Source of the DNA: a bacterium
Lineage (GTDB): Bacteria; SZUA-182; DTGQ01; JAFGSM01
NCBI GenBank assembly: GCA_049472355.1
Contig: JBLIRP010000025.1
Coordinates: forward strand, 1-42,813
Reading direction: 5' to 3'
DNA length: 42,813 nucleotides
Position 1 is the first letter of the stretch. Each line of letters opens with the position of its first letter. The translations under genes were made by a program, and so were the position numbers. The notes beneath the pieces were generated by a model. The model was not told the DNA's origin. It did not search any database and was given only the letters and a program-made list of their open reading frames with translations. This document shows, piece after piece, positions 1 through 8,840 of the stretch.

Positions 1-741
1 GGGACGGTAGCTCGCATAGGTGATCATGATCCCGAAGGCCAGGGAGAGGGAGAAAAACATCTGCCCGTAGGCGGCGATCCATACCTTCCAGCTTGCCAGC
101 TTCTCCCAGTCGGGCTTCAGGTACCAGGCAACCCCCGAAAGGGCGCCCTCGAGGGTGAGGGACCAGAATACCAGTATGGCGGTCAGGATAAAGAGCGCGG
201 GCATGAAGATCGTGCATGCCTTTTCGATACCCCGGTCGATGTCCTTATAGCAGATATACCAGCATATGCCCCAGACAAAGAGGGTGGAAAGCAGGATGGA
301 GAGGCTCGGCAGCCCGACCTCCCACACATCCGAGGAAAGCCCGAGGAAGTGGTTCAGGAAGAATCCCTGGGTATCCTGCCCCCACTTGAGGGTGACGCTG
401 AAGATGGTATAGTTGACGCACCACCCGATGACCACGGAGTAATAGAGCAGGATGCCGAACATGGCGAACAGCGGCATCCACCACCCCAGCCACTCCCACC
501 TGCGACCGATCCTCGCAAAGCTCAGGTTGGAGGAGCCGTGTATCTTGTGGCCGAGGCCGTATTCCAGGATCAGCAAGGGGATGCCCGCGGTCACCAGGGC
601 AACCAGGTACGGGATGAGAAAGGCGCCCCCGCCGTTTTCATAGGCCACGTAACTGAATCGCCATATATTCCCGAGTCCGACTGCGGAGCCGATGGCGGCG
701 AGCAGAAAACCCATGTTTGATTTCCACCTGGAACGTTCCAT
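1..741 (-). CDS. Sodium-dependent transporter, SNF/NSS (LeuT-like) family; runs off the window
   Basis: My translation reads MERSRWKSNMGFLLAAIGSAVGLGNIWRFSYVAYENGGGAFLIPY, the NSS TM1 signature. RBS AAGGAGG lies upstream of ATG at 741. Missing from the ORF track because it is truncated. Confidence 0.93.
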   Translation of the reverse strand, partial: MERSRWKSNMGFLLAAIGSAVGLGNIWRFSYVAYENGGGAFLIPYLVALVTAGIPLLILEYGLGHKIHGSSNLSFARIGRRWEWLGWWMPLFAMFGILLYYSVVIGWCVNYTIFSVTLKWGQDTQGFFLNHFLGLSSDVWEVGLPSLSILLSTLFVWGICWYICYKDIDRGIEKACTIFMPALFILTAILVFWSLTLEGALSGVAWYLKPDWEKLASWKVWIAAYGQMFFSLSLAFGIMITYASYRP

Positions 742-803
742 TGAAGCCTCCTTCGAGAAGATTCTGGTTAGGGATCAAGGCGTTCAACGCAGGTACGGGA
801 CCG

Positions 804-832
804 AGTATAAACAAGAATTACCTGCCGGTCAA
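804..832 (-). promoter_or_regulatory. sigma70-type promoter of the SNF transporter
   Basis: Minus strand TTGACC-N17-TATACT. Confidence 0.65.
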
Positions 833-840
833 GAAAAAGG

Positions 841-872
841 GCCCTTGATGTCAAGCCCTTGATATCAAGCCC
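841..872. repeat. Tandem 14-bp palindromic repeat, operator-like
   Basis: GCCCTTGATGTCAA-GCCCTTGATATCAA-GCCC; second core CTTGATATCAAG is a perfect palindrome. Confidence 0.5.
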
Positions 873-943
873 CTGGCGGGAATCCCAATGCCGGCGTTGC
901 ATCACTGCGGGCAGGCATGTTTATAGAGCGATAGAGGGGGGCC

Positions 944-971
944 TTGACGCCCGTGACGGATGTGCTATCCT
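944..971 (+). promoter_or_regulatory. Putative sigma70 promoter for the DUF72 remnant and RLP-cupin
   Basis: TTGACG-N16-TATCCT with a TG extended -10. Confidence 0.4.
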
Positions 972-989
972 CTGTGTATGGGAGCCGCG

Positions 990-1220
990 ATGAATCCCGC
1001 CGAAGGGGAACGACGTTTCCGGATCGCCACCTCCGGCTGGTATTACCGGCACTGGGAAGGGCGCTTCTACCCGGAGGGGCTGCCGAGCGGGGAGTGGCTT
1101 GCATACTACACGAAGCACTTCAGTACGGTGGAGGTGAATGCGAGTTTCTACCGCCTGCGCTTCAAGGGCTTGATCATCCATTATCCGCCATTGAGAATTG
1201 TTGTGAAGGGAAGACCGTGA
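990..1220 (+). pseudogene. Truncated DUF72 (YecE-like) N-terminal fragment
   Basis: RIATSGWYYRHWEGRFYP...LAYYTKHFSTVEVNASFYR is the DUF72 N-terminus. Similarity ends after ~55 aa and the frame stops at 76 aa, far short of a full-length DUF72. Confidence 0.8.
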
Positions 1221-2812
1221 ACAAGGGATTGATCGTTACCTATTGTATCACCTGCCGGGCGAAGGAGGCACGGGACCAGGCGGAGGCACTGGCGCTCGAA
1301 CAGAGCGTGGAGCTGCCGCGCACCGCGGTCACAGACCCGGAGGTGGCGCAATCGAGCATCCCCGATATCCTGGAGCTTACCCCCATCTCCCGCCTTCCCA
1401 ACGGGCTCACCAGGCACAGGCTTCGCCTTGCCTTTTCGCCCTCCCTGGTGGGAGGGGATATACCGCAATTCTTCAACCTGCTGTTCGGGAATATCTCGTT
1501 AAAAAAGGGGGTGCGTGTCGAGGACATCGACATGCCCATTGAGATCGCCGGGCTCTTTCCGGGGCCTGCCCATGGCATGGAAGGGGTTCGGAAGGCATGT
1601 CAGCGGCCTTCGGGTGCGCTGCTATGTTCTGTGCTCAAGCCCGCGGGTTCTTCAACGGAGGCGTTCGCCGGGATGGCGGAGGCGTTCGCCAGGGCCGGTG
1701 TCCCGTTTATCAAGGATGACCACGGCCTTGCGGATCAGCCCTCAAGCCCCTTTGCAGAACGGGTCGCCTCCGTCCATGCGGCAATCAAGAGGGCCGGGGG
1801 AAGGAGCGTGTACCTTCCCAACATCACCGGTCCGCACGAGGAACTGCCGGAAAGGATCGCCATGGCCCTCAACGAGGGGGTGAAGGGATTCCTGGTCTGC
1901 CCCTTCCTGATAGGCCTGGACACCTTTCGTTATGTAAGGCAGCGGTATCCGGTGCTCTGGATGGCACAGCCGGCATTTTCAGGTGCATTCTTTGCCGACC
2001 CGCTCCACGGGTTCAGACCGGGGCTCCTCCTGGGAACCATCCTGCGGCTGTTGGGTGCGGATATGGTGGTGTATCCCGACGCAGGGGGTCGATTCACCTT
2101 GACGCCGGATGAGTGCAGGGACATCGCCTCCTGCCTGCGGGAAGGGTATCAGGGAACGTACCGGCAATCCATGCCGGTTCCAGCCGGCGGTATAACACTC
2201 TCACGGGTTGACAGGGTGCGCAGGTTTTACGGCGACGATGTCATGCTCCTCATCGGAGGGGATATCTATCTTCATGAATCGGGGTTGGAGAGGGCATCCC
2301 GCGAACTCGTGGAGATTCTCTCAACCCCCCCCGGGCCGGCACCGGGTACAAACGGTGCAAGCATGACCCGGGAAGACATACATTCCCGCCCAACGTGTTC
2401 CCTGCCGGAAGGGGTGACGAGACAGGCAAGGGCCGGGGAATGGGAAGGCATAGAGAAGTCTCCATACAAGGCCGAAGGGGGGAGGTTCCAGGGAATCACC
2501 AGGACGGAGTTATACGAGCCGGAATCCGGGGAGGCCGGGTTCGACGTGCGCTATTTCGAGATCGAGCCGGGAGGGTTTTCCAGTCTCGAGAGGCATGAGC
2601 ACATCCACCTGGTGATCGGCGCCAGGGGGCGGGGTGAGGTACGGATAGCCGACAGGTGGCATACGATTTTCCCCCATGATATTGCCCGCATTCCCAGGGA
2701 CTCTCCCCATCAGCTCCGCAACCGGGGCGCATCCATATTCGGTTTTTACTGCATCGTGGATCACGTGCGGGACAGGCCGGAACCCTTACAGGAGGGTGAT
2801 GATCCCCCGTAA
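1217..2812 (+). CDS. Form IV RuBisCO-like protein (DeepYkr / R. rubrum type; putative methylthioribulose-1-P isomerase) fused to a C-terminal cupin (putative methylthioxylulose-5-P methylsulfurylase)
   Basis: GTG start overlaps the DUF72 stop (GTGA). RLP motifs: LFGNISL, LKPAG, IKDDHGLADQ..SPFAERV, MPVPAGG, LLIGG. Cupin motifs: RYFEIEPGGFSSLERHEHIH and PHQLRN...FGFYCIVD..RDRP. No stop between the domains. Confidence 0.88.
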   Translation: MNKGLIVTYCITCRAKEARDQAEALALEQSVELPRTAVTDPEVAQSSIPDILELTPISRLPNGLTRHRLRLAFSPSLVGGDIPQFFNLLFGNISLKKGVRVEDIDMPIEIAGLFPGPAHGMEGVRKACQRPSGALLCSVLKPAGSSTEAFAGMAEAFARAGVPFIKDDHGLADQPSSPFAERVASVHAAIKRAGGRSVYLPNITGPHEELPERIAMALNEGVKGFLVCPFLIGLDTFRYVRQRYPVLWMAQPAFSGAFFADPLHGFRPGLLLGTILRLLGADMVVYPDAGGRFTLTPDECRDIASCLREGYQGTYRQSMPVPAGGITLSRVDRVRRFYGDDVMLLIGGDIYLHESGLERASRELVEILSTPPGPAPGTNGASMTREDIHSRPTCSLPEGVTRQARAGEWEGIEKSPYKAEGGRFQGITRTELYEPESGEAGFDVRYFEIEPGGFSSLERHEHIHLVIGARGRGEVRIADRWHTIFPHDIARIPRDSPHQLRNRGASIFGFYCIVDHVRDRPEPLQEGDDPP

Positions 2813-2843
2813 AGGGCCATACGTGTCCGGAGGCTCCACCACA

Positions 2844-3002
2844 TGCCACCTTGTTTGAGCATTGGCCATGCCCTCGCGGGCACCCTCCAAGGTGAATAGG
2901 GAGTCACCTCCCTGTCCGCCTTGTTTGGGCATCAGCCGGGATCTCGCGGGCACTTGTCAGGACGATTACCGGCTCGCCGACCCGTCCACCCCGTTCATGC
3001 AC
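2844..3002. repeat. Degenerate tandem array with a 70-bp period (~40-bp repeat + ~30-bp variable part)
   Basis: CCACCTTGTTTGAGCA..CTCGCGGGCAC at 2846, CCGCCTTGTTTGGGCA..CTCGCGGGCAC at 2916, decayed CCACCCCGTTCATGCA at 2986. Confidence 0.6.
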
Positions 3003-3121
3003 CAATGGATTGAACGCGCCGTATCGGCGACTCTTCGAATCGGGGGAAACTCGATCGGAGGGAGCCTGGTACACGCAGGATGCGCCGACTCCCTCTCGAT
3101 GTACCGGGAATGCTGCCTGGT

Positions 3122-3628
3122 TCAAAAATAGTAGTGGATTCCCGCACTCATAAAGCTGTCCGCCATCGTTCCCACGGCATCAAATTCGTCGTAATCAAGA
3201 AAGACCAATCCCAACTCCGTGGAGAACCCAAGGTTCGGCAATCCGCTGAAGAAATATTCCACGCCGAGGATCCCGCTCAATGAAAAGGCGGTATCACTGT
3301 CACCGGTGTCAGGATCAATGCTTGCGATCCCAATGCCCCCCCCGGCATAGACATTCATGTTCTGCTCCTCCTTGATGTTGAAAAGGACCTTGCCGCCGAA
3401 ATTGATGATATCGACTGGGTCGCTCATGGCAAAGCCGAACATTCCCTGGAGGCAAAGCTTTGGGCGCGGAGCATATTTGACCGATATGGAATCGACATCG
3501 AACTCCCCTATACTCAACTGGGAATTGAATCCTACACCAAGGCGCCGCTGCAGATCCTTGGCAACGGCATTGCCGGTACACACCACCATAAATGATACAA
3601 GCAGGATAATAATAGCTGTCTTTTTCAT
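3122..3628 (-). CDS. Small outer-membrane beta-barrel protein
   Basis: Signal peptide MKKTAIIILLVSFMVVCTGNAVA, amphipathic beta strands (VYAGGGIG, GVEYFF), C-terminal AGIHYYF beta-signal. Confidence 0.8.
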   Translation of the reverse strand: MKKTAIIILLVSFMVVCTGNAVAKDLQRRLGVGFNSQLSIGEFDVDSISVKYAPRPKLCLQGMFGFAMSDPVDIINFGGKVLFNIKEEQNMNVYAGGGIGIASIDPDTGDSDTAFSLSGILGVEYFFSGLPNLGFSTELGLVFLDYDEFDAVGTMADSFMSAGIHYYF

Positions 3629-3930
3629 TGCGCTTGCCCCTTTGGACACCTCAGCACTCATCCCCTATCCATAAAAACCTCTGATCTCCGGACTTCGATG
3701 CAGCAGGGTATTATGGCGGCAGGCACGGTGCGGAGGTCGTTGCTTAAAATAATGGTTGGTCGTCCTAAACCATCAGCGGTTTCATACACCCCTCGTTTTC
3801 TCCACTCTCACCCCCTTTCATAGTTAATTATCGGTCATGAAGGGCAATTCAGCCCCCGATTGTCCCTCAGTGGCAGGATATGGAGGCGCTCTGCCTGCGA
3901 TCCACTATGAACCGAAGGCAGGTGTTTCCG

Positions 3931-3963
3931 GACAAATAATGTCACCTGGAGACAAAATGTGTC
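3931..3963 (+). promoter_or_regulatory. Putative enhancer (UAS) for a sigma54 activator
   Basis: Two GACA-N5-TGTC palindromes at a 20-bp period, ~80-110 bp upstream of the -24 box. Confidence 0.5.
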
Positions 3964-4040
3964 AGGTTCCGGCGAGTGATTCGGGGGAAAAAAATCAGAA
4001 AACTACAAAAAATACATGGCGTTATAAAATAGGGTCTAAC

Positions 4041-4056
4041 TGGCACATAACTTGCT
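4041..4056 (+). promoter_or_regulatory. sigma54 -24/-12 promoter
   Basis: TGGCAC-ATAAC-TTGCT matches the consensus TGGCAC-N5-TTGC. Confidence 0.8.
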
Positions 4057-4159
4057 TTTTTAAGACCGTTTCATACTGCCGAAAAGGCCGGTCAGACAGG
4101 TCATTGGGAAACGAGAAGGAAATTCGATACAACGTGTCGCGTCAGAGGGAGATATCATC

Positions 4160-4191
4160 GGGATAAAGGGATAAAGGGATAAAGGTTATCC
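4160..4191 (+). repeat. (GGGATAAA)x3 followed by TTATCC in the 5' leader
   Basis: Read directly. The trailing TTATCC can pair with any GGATAA copy. Confidence 0.7.
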
Positions 4192-4251
4192 GGATCAAAC
4201 GGTCCATGGTTAGAGAGACGCCCATAATCCTTAAAGAACAAGGAGGCGGCC

Positions 4252-5367
4252 ATGAAGACCATGAAACGGTGGGCCATCCCGGCGATCCTTCTGATGGTGA
4301 TATGTGTCCTTCCCTCCATGCCGGCGGAGGTCAACGCCCTTCAGCTTGAGGTCGGCCCCGGCAGGCTCTATTCCACCATTTCAGATGCGATCTCCATTGC
4401 GGTCGATGGAGACGTGATCACCGTGTACAACGGGATTTACTCCGAGAATATATTCATCGAAAAGGGGCTGGTCATCCAATCGGCGGGTGAGATGGCATCA
4501 CCCGTTATCATGCCGAAGGACCCTGAGCTGCCCGTTTTCACCATTCTTGGCAGTTCGGTGCATATAACCGGGCTCACGGTGCAGGGATCGTCATCGAGCG
4601 GTATCCTGCTGAGCTGCGCCAACAATTGTACGATCGCCAACAACAAGGTGGTGAACAACCTCTACGGCATCACCCTTGAAAACTATGCGGCAGGCAATGA
4701 GATCATGCACAACGAGATACAGAATAACTACCTGGAGGGGATCAATGTATGGTCGCACGCACGCAACAATACCATTTCTCACAATAGCGTGCTGAGAAAC
4801 AACCGGGGGGTATACCTGTGGGATGTGGGGAATAATGAGATTTTCAACAACGAGATCATCAACAGCAGGACATTCGGTATCACCCTGGCCGATGCCCGGA
4901 GAAACATCATTTCCCACAATACGATCTCCAATATCAACAGCGCCTACTGTATCGAAATGACCGGGGCCTGCGGCAACACACTTTACAGCAACACCATTTC
5001 AAACAGGCGATTCGGTCTCAGGATGGATGAGGCCTCGAATGATAACCGCATCTACCTGAACCATTTCATGAACACCACGGTGAGCTCCGGCGAGTCTCAC
5101 AACACCTGGCATTCAATCGGCAGGGTATCCTATGTGTTTAGTTGGACCATGTATAAAGGCTACCTGGGGAATTACTGGGGCATCTATACCGTTAGTGACA
5201 AGGATGGTGACGGCATCGGAGATGAGCCCCACCGGCCGGATCCCTTGAACGAGATGGAATTTGACGATGCCCCCCTCTCCAGTCCCCTCGAATGCTATGT
5301 ATTCATGCAGTCGGTGGAACCGGACAGCGGTCTCGACGCAAGGCGCACCGTATCACCCGACCGGTAA
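4252..5367 (+). CDS. Secreted parallel beta-helix (NosD/CASH-like, PbH1 repeat) protein
   Basis: RBS AAGGAGG, signal peptide, YSTISDAI..A.DGD.I.V..G.YSE head, Asn-ladder repeats (GI.L....NN.I.NN.I), GNYWG.Y...D.DGDGIGD.PH tail. Confidence 0.85.
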   Translation: MKTMKRWAIPAILLMVICVLPSMPAEVNALQLEVGPGRLYSTISDAISIAVDGDVITVYNGIYSENIFIEKGLVIQSAGEMASPVIMPKDPELPVFTILGSSVHITGLTVQGSSSSGILLSCANNCTIANNKVVNNLYGITLENYAAGNEIMHNEIQNNYLEGINVWSHARNNTISHNSVLRNNRGVYLWDVGNNEIFNNEIINSRTFGITLADARRNIISHNTISNINSAYCIEMTGACGNTLYSNTISNRRFGLRMDEASNDNRIYLNHFMNTTVSSGESHNTWHSIGRVSYVFSWTMYKGYLGNYWGIYTVSDKDGDGIGDEPHRPDPLNEMEFDDAPLSSPLECYVFMQSVEPDSGLDARRTVSPDR

Positions 5368-5466
5368 TCCCTCCGCAAACGCTTCCGGGGTGACCCATGC
5401 CAGGTGAACAATGCCCGGCACATAGAATGGCAGGAATATCCGGGCACCTTCACGCATGGGGCAGGA

Positions 5467-6258
5467 TCAGCGTTGAAGCAGTCGCCCGGCATTCCCGGAC
5501 AGGATATCCTCCTTCGCCTTTTCAGGGATGGGGAGTGCCGCTATCTTTTTCACCTCCTCATCCTGCCGCTTCCAGGGGGAGTCCGTTGCAAAGAGGATCC
5601 TGTCGAAGCCGTGTTCCCTCATGATCCTCACCAGCCATGCCTGTTCCATGTGATCGATCACATAGGAGGTGTCAAGGAACACCCTTTTCCCCACCAGGTA
5701 TTGCTCAACCTCGTCCCAGCAATCATAGCCGCCCAGGTGAGCGGCGACGATGGTCATCGCCGGGAAGATATCGAGAACCCGGGCGATCCGCTGCGGGGTG
5801 CCATACATCGGGGGATAGAGGCCGATGTCCACGCCCGCATGGAAGAGGGCGATCATATCGTGCCTGATAAGGGCCTCATAGAGCGGGAAAACAGCCTCCT
5901 CATCCGGGTGGAAGCGTTGATAGTCGGGGTGAAGCTTCACCCCCCGGATGCCCAGCCCCTTGATCCTCCCGAGTTCCTCGTCGATCCCCTCGAACTGCGG
6001 GTGCAGGCTCCCGAAGGAGACGATCCGCTCGTCCTGTATGCCCAGCGCCCAATTGTTGATGGAGACAACCTGGGAGGGTGTGGTGGCGATAGGCTGATTG
6101 ACCGATACCGCAATCCCTGCCGCATCCATGGATCGCTTCAAATCGGCAACGGTGCCGTTCAAAAATGGCTTCACCCCCGCCTTCTCGGAGAGGAAGGCCA
6201 TGGTCTTTTCCGCAATGGCGTCGGGAAACACATGGATATGCATATCGATGATCTTCAA
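5467..6258 (-). CDS. Amidohydrolase family protein (Amidohydro_2-like)
   Basis: IDMHIH, GVKLHP, FHAG, VAAHLGG, LDTS and ILFATDSPW metal-binding motifs. Confidence 0.9.
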   Translation of the reverse strand: MKIIDMHIHVFPDAIAEKTMAFLSEKAGVKPFLNGTVADLKRSMDAAGIAVSVNQPIATTPSQVVSINNWALGIQDERIVSFGSLHPQFEGIDEELGRIKGLGIRGVKLHPDYQRFHPDEEAVFPLYEALIRHDMIALFHAGVDIGLYPPMYGTPQRIARVLDIFPAMTIVAAHLGGYDCWDEVEQYLVGKRVFLDTSYVIDHMEQAWLVRIMREHGFDRILFATDSPWKRQDEEVKKIAALPIPEKAKEDILSGNAGRLLQR

Positions 6259-7013
6259 CGGCCGTACTCTCCCTTCAGCACATACGAGAACCTGGTGAGA
6301 ATCCAGAGGACCTCGCTGAAAAACCGTTTAAGGGGCAGGGGTGTGGTGACGTATTCCACCCTCCCCGCCTTGATCGCCTCGATGACGCCGTCAACGGACC
6401 GCTCCCTGGCATATATGTACGAATAGGTGCTTGCGAAATCCTCCATCCGGTGGGCATCGGAGCACCCCACCATGGGGATGGAGAATCTCTTCGCCACCCG
6501 GACGGCGGTGCGATTCGGATTGAAAAAGCGGGTATAGAAGTGACAGTACTCGATGGCATCAAAACAGTCGATGTTCCGCACGAGCCTCCTGCCGAGGCAT
6601 ACCTGCCCCTTGTAAAAGGGATGGGGGGCGATCACCAGGCACTGTGGAAATAACCTCCGGTAATGCCTGAGGGCACGGAGACCTTCGATTGCCTCCGCAT
6701 GGGGGCAGTTGTATAAAAGCACATGCCGCCTGTCAAATGATCGTTCGATTCCCAGGACCAGGACAACGCCCTGTTCCTTTGCATGGGACCACACTGCGGG
6801 ATCATGGTAGAGGAAGTCGTGATAGGTGAGGGAGAGGACATCGAATCCCATCGATGCCGCCCGATCGATGAAGTCCGCCGGGGACATGTTCTGGGAGGTG
6901 ACACGGTCCTTCCACCGATCCCCCACGATGTGCGTGTGCAGGTCGCATTTGAGCTTGATGAATGATTCGTGCCCGCGATCGGATGGGACCTGTGTACGAT
7001 ATTCCGATTCCAC
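6255..7013 (-). CDS. PHP-domain metal-dependent phosphoesterase
   Basis: KCDLHTH, LTYHD, GIE, IAPHPF and GCSDAH motifs. Confidence 0.85.
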   Translation of the reverse strand: MESEYRTQVPSDRGHESFIKLKCDLHTHIVGDRWKDRVTSQNMSPADFIDRAASMGFDVLSLTYHDFLYHDPAVWSHAKEQGVVLVLGIERSFDRRHVLLYNCPHAEAIEGLRALRHYRRLFPQCLVIAPHPFYKGQVCLGRRLVRNIDCFDAIEYCHFYTRFFNPNRTAVRVAKRFSIPMVGCSDAHRMEDFASTYSYIYARERSVDGVIEAIKAGRVEYVTTPLPLKRFFSEVLWILTRFSYVLKGEYGR

Positions 7014-7019
7014 CGTACG

Positions 7020-8840
7020 TTACTGGGGGGTCGTTTTTTTGGGTTTTGCCGCCAGATCGGTGCGCAGATGGAGATCCCTCAACTGCTCCGGTTCCGGTTC
7101 GGAGGGTGCGCCCGTCATGAGGCATACCGCCTTCTGAGTCTTGGGGAATGCGATCACCTCCCGGATCGAGCCTGCGCCCGCCATGATGGCGAGCATCCTG
7201 TCCAGGCCCAGGGCAATCCCGCCATGGGGAGGGGCGCCGTATTCGAGGGCCTCCACGAGAAAACCGAATTTTTCCTCGATCTCCTCATGCTTCATGGAAA
7301 GGCGCGCAAACATACGGCGCTGGAGGTCGGAGCGATGGATCCTGATGCTCCCGCCACCGATCTCCTGGCCGTTCAGCACGATATCATAGGACTGGGCCCG
7401 CACCCGGTCCGGCTCCGACTCGAGAAGATCCACGTCCTCCTCCATCGGTGAGGTGAACGGATGGTGCATGGCTGCATACCGTCCTATTTCCTCGTTGAAT
7501 TCGAGGAGCGGAAAATCATGCACCCACACGAATGAAAAGACATCAGCAGGGATAAGGTCCAGACGATCCGCAAGGTACAGACGCAATCTACCCAGGGACT
7601 CGGCGACCACCTTGGGCCGGTCCGCCACAAACAGCAGCACGTCCCCCTCCTGTGCCGCCATCCGGTCGAGTATACCCTGCAACTGCGCCTGGGTAAAAAA
7701 TTTGATTATGGGCGACTGCATGCCATCCTTGCTGATCTTTATCCAGGCAAGCCCCCGGGCACCAAACGGCGCGATCTTTTCCGCCAGGTTGTCCAACTCG
7801 GTCCTGCTCATCCTGGCAGCCCCCTTCGCATTGATCCCCTTCACCTGCCCGCCCTTTTCCACTGCCTGCCGGAACACCTTGAAGTCCGACTCCCCGGCCA
7901 CATCGGACAGGTCGACAAGCTCCAGCCCGAACCGGGTATCGGGTGCATCCAGGCCGAACCGGGCGATCGCCTCCTGGTAGGTGAGCCGGGGAAACGGTGC
8001 ATCGAAGCGAATCCCCTTTTCCTTTGAAAAGAGCAGCTTTATGAGATGTTCGGTCACCGACATGATGTCCTCCCTGCCGACAAAGGACATCTCCATATCG
8101 AGCTGGGTGAATTCGGGCTGTCGGTCAGCCCTCAGATCCTCATCCCGGAAACATTTAACGATCTGAAAGTAGCGGTCATACCCGGAAATCATCAGTATCT
8201 GCTTGAAAAGCTGGGGGGACTGAGGCAGGGCATAGAAATGCCCGGGGGATAACCGGCTGGGCACCAAATAGTCCCGCGCCCCCTCGGGCGTGCTCTTGGT
8301 GAGAACCGGCGTTTCGATCTCCAGGAAACCCATCCCGGAAAGCTCCGATCGGATGGCCTGATACACTCGGTGGCGAAGGATGAGGTTCTGCTGCATACGC
8401 GGTCGTCGAAGATCCAGGTAGCGGTATCTGAGGCGGAGTTCCTCCCCTGCCTTGGCATTGTCCTCGACCATGATGGGAGGGACCTTGGAATGGTTGAGGA
8501 TCTTCAATGCATGGGCCATCACCTCAATCCTTCCGGTGGCAACCTTGGGGTTTGCCATGCCCTCCGGCCTGAGTCTGACCTTGCCCTCCACGGCGATGAC
8601 AAATTCCGTCTTAAGGTGGTGGGCCTTGAGATGGCATGCCTGGTCCCACTCCGGATTGAACACCACCTGGGTGATTCCCTCCCGGTCACGCAGATCGATG
8701 AATATGACCCCTCCGTGGTCTCTCCGCGTATCCACCCACCCCATGAGGGTCACCGTGCGGTCAATATCCTTATCAGACAGGGAACCGCATCCGCACGTCT
8801 TTTTCCACTCTCCTAAACCTTCCAACCGCACGTCAGACAA
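7020..8840 (-). CDS. aspS: Aspartate--tRNA ligase, likely non-discriminating (Asp/Asn) type
   Basis: RRDHGGVIFIDLRD, STPEGARDYLVP, FRDEDLRADRQPEFTQLD, GAPPHGGIALGLDR. His in RDHGG and Gly in RPEG are non-discriminating hallmarks. TTG start follows AAGGAGG. Confidence 0.96.
   Translation of the reverse strand: MSDVRLEGLGEWKKTCGCGSLSDKDIDRTVTLMGWVDTRRDHGGVIFIDLRDREGITQVVFNPEWDQACHLKAHHLKTEFVIAVEGKVRLRPEGMANPKVATGRIEVMAHALKILNHSKVPPIMVEDNAKAGEELRLRYRYLDLRRPRMQQNLILRHRVYQAIRSELSGMGFLEIETPVLTKSTPEGARDYLVPSRLSPGHFYALPQSPQLFKQILMISGYDRYFQIVKCFRDEDLRADRQPEFTQLDMEMSFVGREDIMSVTEHLIKLLFSKEKGIRFDAPFPRLTYQEAIARFGLDAPDTRFGLELVDLSDVAGESDFKVFRQAVEKGGQVKGINAKGAARMSRTELDNLAEKIAPFGARGLAWIKISKDGMQSPIIKFFTQAQLQGILDRMAAQEGDVLLFVADRPKVVAESLGRLRLYLADRLDLIPADVFSFVWVHDFPLLEFNEEIGRYAAMHHPFTSPMEEDVDLLESEPDRVRAQSYDIVLNGQEIGGGSIRIHRSDLQRRMFARLSMKHEEIEEKFGFLVEALEYGAPPHGGIALGLDRMLAIMAGAGSIREVIAFPKTQKAVCLMTGAPSEPEPEQLRDLHLRTDLAAKPKKTTPQ

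Noticed and set aside
944..1216. N-terminal 91 aa of the 622-aa ORF in the track
   Set aside because: It overlaps the DUF72 frame and has no RLP similarity. The TTG is a probable -35 box, and the real start is GTG 1217.
1217..2330. CO2-fixing RuBisCO
   Set aside because: The motif is KDDH rather than KDDE, the domain is short, and there are no Calvin-cycle genes nearby, so it is a form IV RLP.
2844..3002. Canonical CRISPR array
   Set aside because: Only two good, non-identical repeats, no AT-rich leader and no cas genes. Kept only as an unexplained repeat.
4252..5367. True nosD of N2O reductase maturation
   Set aside because: No nosZ/F/Y/L nearby; only the generic beta-helix fold is supported.
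5404..6426. 340-aa plus-strand ORF
   Set aside because: Antisense shadow of the amidohydrolase and PHP genes, with no motifs.
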